Source of the DNA: Candidatus Woesearchaeota archaeon
Lineage (GTDB): Archaea > Nanobdellota > Nanobdellia > Woesearchaeales > JABGXB01
DNA: 64,000 nucleotides
Reading direction: 5' to 3'
Assembly (NCBI GenBank): GCA_018675975.1
Contig: JABGXB010000003.1
Location: 2,181 to 66,180 of the forward strand
Below are positions 38,577 through 46,757 of this stretch, one piece after another (position 1 is the first letter of the stretch; each line of letters starts with the position of its first letter). The translations under genes and the position numbers were made by a program. The notes beneath the pieces are model-generated. The model saw nothing but the letters and a program-made list of their open reading frames with translations. It was not told where the DNA came from and did no database searches.

Positions 38577-39667
38577 TATCAAAAGCACAAGAATTAGAAC
38601 AGGCAGCATTAAAAGAAAATAATCCTAATAAAAAATTAGAATTTTTATTATTAGCCTCAGAAATTTATTTAAAAGAAAGTAAAAATGATTCGGAAAATCA
38701 AAGTAAATATTTAGCAAAAGCAATTCAACTATATGATGAATATGAATCAATAAATGCAAATTCAATAAAATATTTAGATAAAGAAGTTAATAATAAAAAA
38801 GGAGTAAAAACATTTGATGATATTGGTGGACTTGAAGAATTAAAAGATGAAATTAAATTAAAAATAATTGAACCTTTATTACATCCTGAAGTATTTTCAG
38901 CTTATGGTAAAAAAATCGGTGGGGGAATTTTAATGTATGGACCACCTGGATGTGGGAAAAGTTTAATTGCTGAAGCTACAGCTGGGGAAGCAAATGCACA
39001 TTTTATACATGTTAAACCTAGTGATTTGAAAAGTAAATATGTGGGTGAAACTGAAAAAAATATTTCAAAATTATTTGAAGTTGCAAGAGCTAATGCACCG
39101 ACAATAATATTTTTTGATGAATTTGAATCATTTGGACGGGAAAGAAGTAAAACAGATGTACATACAAAAAATCATATAAGTCAATTACTTAGTGAAATGG
39201 ATGGAGTTGGAACTAAAGATAAAGCAATTTTATTATTAGCAGCAACAAATACACCATGGGAAATTGATCCTGCTTTAATTAGACACGGACGTTTTGGAAT
39301 TAATATTTTTGTAAAAGAACCAGATGAAAAAGCAAGAAAAGAAATAATAAAATTAAATTTAGAAAATAAACCAATTGACGATTCCGTAAATATTGATTTT
39401 TTAGCAAAAGTAACAAAAGGATTTAGTGGTGCTGACCTTAGTGAAATTTGTGATCGTGGTGCTGATATTGCCATAAAAGAATATTTTAAAACAAAAGTAA
39501 GTAGAAAAATAAATATTAAAGATTTCATAAGTATATTAAAAGAAAAAAAATCTATTGTTAAATCATGGTATAAACTTGCAAAAGAACAAATTGTTATAAA
39601 TGGATGTGAAGATTATTATACTGAAATAGCTAATTATCATGATGAAAAAAGCCACTCTTTTAATTAG
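38573..39667 (+). CDS. AAA+ ATPase, classic clade, single AAA module with an N-terminal MIT/TPR-like helical domain
   Basis: Walker A GPPGCGKS, Walker B IIFFDEFES, second region of homology LLLAATNTPWEIDPALIRHGRF. About 80 aa of helical N-terminus (AQELEQAALKEN...AKAIQLYDEY). Confidence 0.88.
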   Translation: MISKAQELEQAALKENNPNKKLEFLLLASEIYLKESKNDSENQSKYLAKAIQLYDEYESINANSIKYLDKEVNNKKGVKTFDDIGGLEELKDEIKLKIIEPLLHPEVFSAYGKKIGGGILMYGPPGCGKSLIAEATAGEANAHFIHVKPSDLKSKYVGETEKNISKLFEVARANAPTIIFFDEFESFGRERSKTDVHTKNHISQLLSEMDGVGTKDKAILLLAATNTPWEIDPALIRHGRFGINIFVKEPDEKARKEIIKLNLENKPIDDSVNIDFLAKVTKGFSGADLSEICDRGADIAIKEYFKTKVSRKINIKDFISILKEKKSIVKSWYKLAKEQIVINGCEDYYTEIANYHDEKSHSFN

Positions 39668-40634
39668 TTCTGTATGTAATCACAAATGTGATTTTTGTCT
39701 AAATATATGGCATAATAGTAATATTAATGAAACTTTTGAAACTTTTATGTCATTTGAAAAAATAAAAGAATCTATTGATAAATTATCTAATGCAAATATT
39801 ACTAATATTACTATTTGTGGAGGAGAGCCATTATTACATCCTGATTTTAATAAAATAATTGATTATATATATAATAAAAAATTAAATATTAGATTACAAA
39901 CAAATGGTGTTTTTTTAAATAAAGAGAAAATAGATTTTTTTAAAAATAAAATAAGTGAAATTGAAATTAGTTTACATGGTACAAAAGAAATACATAATGA
40001 AATCTCCCATTCAAATTCTTTTGAAAAAATAATAAAAAATGTTAATGATATAATAAAAAATAATATTTTACTAACTACAAACTTTGTGATAAATAAAAAT
40101 AATTTTATGGATATAGAAAATTATATTTATTTATTAAATAAATTAAATGTCAAGGCTGGATATTTTACCATATTGTATAAAGCTGGACTTGCAAATAGAA
40201 ATAATTTAGAATTAACTAAACAACAATTATCAGAGTTTATTGGAAAAATAAATGATTATTCTCTTATTTCAAAAACTAAATTAATATTTCAAGGATGTTA
40301 TCCTCCTTGTGAATTAAATGTAAAAAATATTGAATTTATTTCCCCTTGTGGTGCAGGTAAAGATGAAATTGCGATTCAACCAAATGGTACAATTACATTA
40401 TGTCCAGCTCACCCTAAAGCAATTACTAATATTTTTACAATAAATCAAACTAAATTTAATAAATTAATTAATAATACACAATCTTATTTGTTAAACGAAA
40501 GTTTACCAAAAAAAGAATGTAACTCTTGTTCATTATTAAAAGCATGTCGTGGTGGTTGTGTAATTAATCGTCAAGGTGGAACTGAAAATATATTAAAAGA
40601 AAAAAATAATTTATTTAAATTAATTAATTATTAA
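39639..40634 (+). CDS. Radical SAM enzyme with a C-terminal SPASM domain (peptide/protein-modifying maturase type)
   Basis: CNHKCDFC (CX3CX2C) at the N-terminus. C-terminal CGAGKDEIAIQPNGTITLCP and CNSCSLLKACRGGC (CX2CX5CX3C). Overlaps the AAA gene by 29 nt. Confidence 0.85.
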   Translation: MMKKATLLISSVCNHKCDFCLNIWHNSNINETFETFMSFEKIKESIDKLSNANITNITICGGEPLLHPDFNKIIDYIYNKKLNIRLQTNGVFLNKEKIDFFKNKISEIEISLHGTKEIHNEISHSNSFEKIIKNVNDIIKNNILLTTNFVINKNNFMDIENYIYLLNKLNVKAGYFTILYKAGLANRNNLELTKQQLSEFIGKINDYSLISKTKLIFQGCYPPCELNVKNIEFISPCGAGKDEIAIQPNGTITLCPAHPKAITNIFTINQTKFNKLINNTQSYLLNESLPKKECNSCSLLKACRGGCVINRQGGTENILKEKNNLFKLINY

Positions 40635-40753
40635 ATAGATTGCAAATAAAAATAATAGAAAACTTGCAATTAAAAAATTAAAATTAATTGGAATAATATA
40701 AATAAATAAAATTAATAATAAAATAATTCCAATTTTTTTATTATTTAATTTTT

Positions 40754-41674
40754 TCATTCTTTTGATTCAATATATTTTTGTGCTTCTAAAGCTGCTTGAC
40801 ACCCAGTTCCAGCCGCCGTTATTGCTTGTTTATATTTTGGATCCTGAACGTCACCAGCAGCCCAAATCCCTTTAACATTTGTTGATAAATCTCTATTAGT
40901 TTTTACAAAACCATGTTCATCTAAATCAACTAAGCCTTCAACAAATTTAGTATTTGGAACATGACCTATTGCTAAAAACACACCATGAACATCAATATTG
41001 GAAGTTTCATTATTTTGATTATTAATTAATTTTACACCAGTAACTCCAGTATTATCTCCTAATATTTCTTCTATTTTACTATTATATAGAATATTTATAT
41101 TATTTATTTTTTCTACTCTCTCCCTCATAATATGACTTGCTCTCATTTTATCTTTTCTTACAATAATATTTACTTTATTACATAATTTAGATAAATAATG
41201 TGCTTCTTCACAAGCTGAATCTCCGCCACCAACTATAATAACATCTTTACCTTTGTAAAAAAAACCATCACAAGTTGCACATGTACTTACACCTTTTCCT
41301 TTAAATTCTTTTTCTGATTCAATATTTAACCATCTTGCTGATGCACCTGAACTAATGATAATTGCAATTGTTTCAATTAAATCTCCATTAGCTAAATGAA
41401 CTTTAAAATGATTATCTTCTTTTTCTACTTTTACAACATTATCTGTAATAAATCTAGTTCCAAATTTTTCTGCTTGTGCTCTACAATTGTTTACAAATTC
41501 ATTCCCATCAATTCCTTGTGGAAATCCAGGAATATTTTCAACTATTGTTGTAAGTGTTAATTGACCACCTTTTTCTAATCCATCTACAATAATTGGATTT
41601 AATTTTGCTCTTGCTGCATAAATTCCGGCTGTATATCCTGAAATTCCTGATCCTATAATAACTAATTCTTCCAT
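40754..41674 (-). CDS. trxB: Thioredoxin-disulfide reductase
   Basis: FAD site GSGISGYTAG, redox-active CATCDG, NADPH site VGGGDSACEEA. 306 aa. Confidence 0.9.
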   Translation of the reverse strand: MEELVIIGSGISGYTAGIYAARAKLNPIIVDGLEKGGQLTLTTIVENIPGFPQGIDGNEFVNNCRAQAEKFGTRFITDNVVKVEKEDNHFKVHLANGDLIETIAIIISSGASARWLNIESEKEFKGKGVSTCATCDGFFYKGKDVIIVGGGDSACEEAHYLSKLCNKVNIIVRKDKMRASHIMRERVEKINNINILYNSKIEEILGDNTGVTGVKLINNQNNETSNIDVHGVFLAIGHVPNTKFVEGLVDLDEHGFVKTNRDLSTNVKGIWAAGDVQDPKYKQAITAAGTGCQAALEAQKYIESKE

Positions 41675-41845
41675 AATTGACCTCTTTTTATAATTCTTTG
41701 AAATATAATGATTTTAAATAATTTACTAAAATCAACAAAATTTTATTTGAATAATCAGAATGTTTATTAAAAATAACATTTTACTAAATATAGGGGGAGT
41801 AGTATATATTCATGAGAATATATTTTTTAATATACTGATATAAAT

Positions 41846-44800
41846 ATGAATTCATTTGAAAAGTCAATATATGTAGTAATAATGTTAATTGTAATTTCTA
41901 CTATTTGTTTTTCTTTATTCATTATACTCAATCATAATTCAAATTTAAATAAAATATTAAAGACTAATAATTTAAAACAAAATGATAATCTTGAAAATGT
42001 CAAGGAATTATTAAATATTTCAATTGATAATAATTTTTCTAATTTAATTAATAGTGCAAATCAAAGATTTAGTAATATTAAACAAGAAAGAGAATTAATT
42101 GATAAGAAAATAAAAGAAATTGAATTAAATAAATCAAAACGATTAGAATTAATTAAAAAAATACGTTTAGAATCTAAAATTAGAGATGAAGTAAAAAGAC
42201 AAACAAAAGAAAAAGAAAAAATTAATATTATAATTGATTTAGATAATGAAAATGAAAAAGATAATTTAATTGAAAAATTAAATGAACAAAATATTCAAAT
42301 TAATAATGATTTAGGAAATGCAATTGCAGTTACAATTGATTCAAATAAAATTAATAATATATCAGAGAATGACCAAATTAAAAATATTCATTTAGATAGA
42401 GAATATAGTATATTAAGTTTTGAACAATTTGATAAATTTAATATTTCTAATATAAGAGAAAGTAATAATATATCTGGTGACAATATTAAAGTTGCAATTA
42501 TTGATACAGGTATTGATGAAAGTGTTTTTAACAATATTATTTCAAAATCTTTTGTTAGTAATAATGTAAATGATAATATTGGTCATGGTACTCAAATTGC
42601 AAGTATAATAAAAAATATTGCACCTGATTCTATTTTATACAATGCAAAAGTTGTAACTGATAATGGTTTAACTTCAACATCTTCAATTATTCAAGGTATA
42701 AAATGGGCAATCAATAATTCTGTAGATATTATTTCATTAAGCTTAGGTTCAAAATTTCATGAAACGGATCAATTATTAAATGAAGAGTTACAAAATGCAA
42801 TTGATAATGATATAATAGTGGTTGTGGCATCAGGAAATTGTGGTCCTTGTTCAAATGTGTGTGGTGATTTTAAGGGTGTTACAAATCCAGCTGATTATGA
42901 ATCAGTTATTTCAGTTGGTGCGGTTGATATAAATAATAATTATGCGTGTTTTTCATCAGGACAAGAATATGAAAATTATATTAAACCAGATTTAACTGCA
43001 TTAGGTGTTAATATAAATGTAACTTCAATTAATAATAAAAATAAAATAGTTAATGGAACTTCTTTTTCAGCTCCAATGATTAGTGGTTTAATTGCATTAA
43101 AATTAGAACAAGAAGAATTAAATCATAATCAAATAAAACGTTTATTAGAATATAATGCAATTGATTTAGGACAATCAGGTAAAGATATTGAATATGGTTC
43201 TGGTGTTATTGATATAGATAAATTATTCAAAATTAATAGTGTAATAATTGATCCTATTATTATTGATGATAATGATACAAGTAATGAAAGTAATATTGAA
43301 TCAAATGAAATTAAGATTAACGATATAATAATTAATACAAATGACAAATTAATTTTAAATGATATTGGTGAATTTAAATTTAATAATGCTGAAGATGATT
43401 ATGTAGTTTATGATAATAATGGAAATACAGCAATAGTTGAAATAAGAGAGTTTAATTCAAGCGAGGATTTGATAAAATATTTAAAATTAGGTTTTAATTT
43501 TACAATTGACGATTATGAAAATGAAACTATTGATTCATTTAATTATTATGACAATATTTTATGGTTTAAAAACAGTAGTGTATATATATTAAGTAAACCA
43601 ATTAACTCAAAAGCTAATTTAACAATTATAAGAGATGAATATATAAAAAAAATAGGTTCTGATATTCAAAATTTAATTCAAAATAATAATAATAATAATA
43701 AACCAAACAGAAATTATGAATTATCATCTACGCCTGATTATGATGGTGAAATTAATATCGGTGATACACGTTATGTTTCTTTAAACGGTGGAAGTACATT
43801 TAAATATAAATTAACAACTAATTATAATGGCATTATTCTATTTTCACTTACAGATGTAGGCCGTTATGAAGATTTTGATATAACTTTACTTGACTATGAA
43901 GATGAATTTATGCAGGAAAGTAATGCAGGTAGTGGTGAAGATGAATTAATAATTCAAAATAAAGAAACTGATGATGTTTGGGATCTTTATATAGTAGTTA
44001 GTAATTTTAAAGATGATCCAGGAGATGTTACATTTAAGGTTTCTACCGGATGTACACCATCAAGTTCTTATTCTTGTAGTGGAAATATAGTATATAAAAA
44101 AACTATTGATGGATCTTGTGAAGAAGATAATGATATATTTCTAAATTGTAATTATGAAAAAAAGATTAGTTATGGTGATTTGTATTGTTCAAATAATGAT
44201 GTACATCAAACAAAATCTTATACAACTGGTGAATGTAAAGTAACTTCATCTAATGGATATTGTAAAGATGTTGATAAAACAACAAATAGAAAAGTAGAAG
44301 ATTGTGGAAGTGGAACTTGTAGTAATGGTGCTTGTTACGAATGTCAAAACAATAATGATTGTAGTAGTGGGGAATATTGTGATAATAGTAATAAATGTCA
44401 AACTTATGAATATGGTCATAAAAAAAATCCAATTATTTTTGATTGGAAAGCAAGTCGTTCAGTTAATCTTGAAAGTGGAAATGTGGAATGGTATAAAACA
44501 TCAACTCCTAATGGCGGAAAATTAATTTTTTCAATATATAGTGTTCAAGGTGATGAAAATTTTGGCTTATCTGTTTATGACGAAAATGGAAATAATTTAT
44601 TAGGCTCAAATTCTACTGGAAAAGGAAAAGATCAACATGTAAATATAATAAAACCAAATACAAATTTAGAAACTTTTATGATTAAAGTTGAATCTTATAC
44701 TGGAAGATCTGTTAGCTTAACAGCTGGTGATATAAAATGTGAAGAAAAAGATTTAACATATTGTGATTCTTATAGTAATAAAGTTTATTTAGAAACAATT

Positions 44801-46756
44801 AATCCTCTTTGTGGCAGTAATGTTCAATTAGTTTTTGATTGTAATAATGAATTTGACATAATTGAAGATGGAAAAGAATATTATTGTGGTATTGATAATA
44901 ATTTAGATGTAATATTTTCAAAAGATTATTATCAAGAAGGTTATTGTACTAATTCAGATTTGAGTCAATGTTTTTATGAAAAAAAATATAGACCTGTAAT
45001 AGAATCCGTTAAAGGAGGTCAAAAATATTGTACATTAGCAGAGGGATTATGTACTTGTAAAGAAAATGAGGGAATTTGTAAGGAGAATAGTCAATGTGAA
45101 GGTAATCTAGAATGTGAATCTGGAAATTGTAAATCTAATTGTATTGATAGTGACAATGATGGTCATTATTCAAATTGTAGTCCAATAGATTGTGACGATA
45201 ATGATCCTGAAAGAAATGCAGGTCTTGCTGAAGTATGTGATGGGAAAGATAATAATTGTAATGGAAATGTGGATGAAACTTTTGATTTAATTTCTGATCC
45301 TAATAATTGTGGTGGATGTAATATTAAATGTACAGATCAACAAGTTTGTTCAAATTCACAATGTAAAAATAATTATGAGTGTGGTGATGGTGTTTGTACT
45401 ATTGATGTTGAAACATCAAGTACATGTAGTCAAGATTGTTATGCTGATTTTAAAGTATTGAATATTAAAAATGTAAATCCGAGTATTGCAACAGAAAATT
45501 CTCAAGTTAGTATAACAGCTGAAGTTATTAATAATGGAACTTATTATGGATCAAGTTTTATTGAAGCAGGTATTAGTCCGAGATCATGGAATAGTTATTT
45601 TTTAAATTCATTTAATCTATTTAGTTATGAATTACAAAGTTATATTGATAATCCTAATCCTGTTTGTCCTAATAATGATTATTATGATTCAAAAGCAGTT
45701 GAACTTGATTCAAAAGAAACTGAAGAGATTACTTTTAATTTAATTTCACAAACAAAACAAAGTGTCGATAGTTGTGATATTAATAGTAGATCTGCTTGGA
45801 GTGATACTTTTGATATTGTAGTTGGTTTTTATGAAAATTTAAATGGTGGGGCATATACACATTTTAAATTAGAAGAAAATTATAATATTGATGAATGTTC
45901 ATTTCCATATGGAAATTCTGAATATTGTTCATGTGAAAATAATAAATTTTCTTGCGGAGATGGTTATACATGTAATCAAGGAACTTGTGAACTTTGTACA
46001 AATCCAGATGGATCAAGTTCAGATTGTTCTTGTAGAGTTGATAATGATTGTCAAGAAGGATACGAATGTGATACAAGTAGTAGATATGGTGTTTGTAATG
46101 AAATTGATGTAGTAAATGAATGTGCTGTAAAAGATAATTATGAATGTAAAAATGGTGATGTTTATTTATGTGAAGATACTCCATATGGACGGAAATTAAA
46201 AATATCAGATTATTGTGTTGATAGAGAATTATGTCCAATAAATGTTGCAGAAGTAAATAGATGTATTACAAATGATGATTATAATTTAATAATTGAATAT
46301 GCATCTTCAGGAGTAAAAGTATTTAAACAATATAGAGATATCTTAACAATTAGACTAAATCTTAAGGAAAATGTTGGATATGAGTTAGAATATGATGATT
46401 CTGTTTTTGAATCATTAACTTCTGATTGTACAAATAATAATTTTAAAATAGGTCTGAATATTTGTAAATTTGAAATAGTAGGTTTTGGTGATCATGTATT
46501 TAAATATGGACAAGATATAGAACCAATTGAAATTATTCTTAATCCTACAAATATTTATGTAACTAATATAAAAAAATTACATCAAAGATATGATGATCAA
46601 GAAAGTGTTGCTGTATTACTTGAAAAAACATATCAACAAGCAAATTTAAACAATGGTATTGTATATGATCTTGAAGATTATATAATAGATGTACCTCATA
46701 CATTTAATTATAATTTTTTAAATTATAATGAGCCTTTAGCATGTGTATTAGAATAA
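41846..46756 (+). CDS. Giant membrane-anchored subtilisin-like (S8) serine protease with duplicated PPC-like and Cys-rich modules, a MopE-like metal-binding motif and a CARDB-like domain
   Basis: N-terminal TM IYVVIMLIVISTICFSLFIIL. Catalytic triad AIIDTGID / HGTQIASII / GTSFSAPMISG. Two PPC-like domains, each followed by a many-cysteine module. CIDSDNDGHYSNCSPIDCDDNDPERNAGLAEVCDGKDNNCNGNVDE. CARDB-like segment ADFKVLNIKNVNPS...VSITAEVINNG. Confidence 0.85.
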   Translation: MNSFEKSIYVVIMLIVISTICFSLFIILNHNSNLNKILKTNNLKQNDNLENVKELLNISIDNNFSNLINSANQRFSNIKQERELIDKKIKEIELNKSKRLELIKKIRLESKIRDEVKRQTKEKEKINIIIDLDNENEKDNLIEKLNEQNIQINNDLGNAIAVTIDSNKINNISENDQIKNIHLDREYSILSFEQFDKFNISNIRESNNISGDNIKVAIIDTGIDESVFNNIISKSFVSNNVNDNIGHGTQIASIIKNIAPDSILYNAKVVTDNGLTSTSSIIQGIKWAINNSVDIISLSLGSKFHETDQLLNEELQNAIDNDIIVVVASGNCGPCSNVCGDFKGVTNPADYESVISVGAVDINNNYACFSSGQEYENYIKPDLTALGVNINVTSINNKNKIVNGTSFSAPMISGLIALKLEQEELNHNQIKRLLEYNAIDLGQSGKDIEYGSGVIDIDKLFKINSVIIDPIIIDDNDTSNESNIESNEIKINDIIINTNDKLILNDIGEFKFNNAEDDYVVYDNNGNTAIVEIREFNSSEDLIKYLKLGFNFTIDDYENETIDSFNYYDNILWFKNSSVYILSKPINSKANLTIIRDEYIKKIGSDIQNLIQNNNNNNKPNRNYELSSTPDYDGEINIGDTRYVSLNGGSTFKYKLTTNYNGIILFSLTDVGRYEDFDITLLDYEDEFMQESNAGSGEDELIIQNKETDDVWDLYIVVSNFKDDPGDVTFKVSTGCTPSSSYSCSGNIVYKKTIDGSCEEDNDIFLNCNYEKKISYGDLYCSNNDVHQTKSYTTGECKVTSSNGYCKDVDKTTNRKVEDCGSGTCSNGACYECQNNNDCSSGEYCDNSNKCQTYEYGHKKNPIIFDWKASRSVNLESGNVEWYKTSTPNGGKLIFSIYSVQGDENFGLSVYDENGNNLLGSNSTGKGKDQHVNIIKPNTNLETFMIKVESYTGRSVSLTAGDIKCEEKDLTYCDSYSNKVYLETINPLCGSNVQLVFDCNNEFDIIEDGKEYYCGIDNNLDVIFSKDYYQEGYCTNSDLSQCFYEKKYRPVIESVKGGQKYCTLAEGLCTCKENEGICKENSQCEGNLECESGNCKSNCIDSDNDGHYSNCSPIDCDDNDPERNAGLAEVCDGKDNNCNGNVDETFDLISDPNNCGGCNIKCTDQQVCSNSQCKNNYECGDGVCTIDVETSSTCSQDCYADFKVLNIKNVNPSIATENSQVSITAEVINNGTYYGSSFIEAGISPRSWNSYFLNSFNLFSYELQSYIDNPNPVCPNNDYYDSKAVELDSKETEEITFNLISQTKQSVDSCDINSRSAWSDTFDIVVGFYENLNGGAYTHFKLEENYNIDECSFPYGNSEYCSCENNKFSCGDGYTCNQGTCELCTNPDGSSSDCSCRVDNDCQEGYECDTSSRYGVCNEIDVVNECAVKDNYECKNGDVYLCEDTPYGRKLKISDYCVDRELCPINVAEVNRCITNDDYNLIIEYASSGVKVFKQYRDILTIRLNLKENVGYELEYDDSVFESLTSDCTNNNFKIGLNICKFEIVGFGDHVFKYGQDIEPIEIILNPTNIYVTNIKKLHQRYDDQESVAVLLEKTYQQANLNNGIVYDLEDYIIDVPHTFNYNFLNYNEPLACVLE

Positions 46757-46757
46757 A

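Noticed and set aside
41793-41845. A strong GGGGGAG Shine-Dalgarno-like element lies 47 nt upstream of the S8 start. An 8-codon mini-ORF (ATG at 41812, MRIYFLIY*) overlaps an 8-bp inverted repeat, ATATATTC-ATGA-GAATATAT (41804-41823).
   Set aside because: It could be a leader peptide or attenuator. However, the spacing to the SD is long (12 nt), the peptide is tiny, and AT-rich palindromes of this size arise easily by chance here. There is not enough evidence to call a feature.
44250-46238. Several 60-124-aa ORFs on both strands inside the S8 protease gene (44250-44432, 44304-44525, 45864-46238, 45888-46112). Similar antisense ORFs lie inside polB, top6A/B, the ABC transporter, the AAA gene, mtaB and tfb.
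   Set aside because: All are embedded in long frames with strong catalytic motifs. Their products are H/Y/N/L/I low-complexity strings, as expected from AT-rich antisense DNA.
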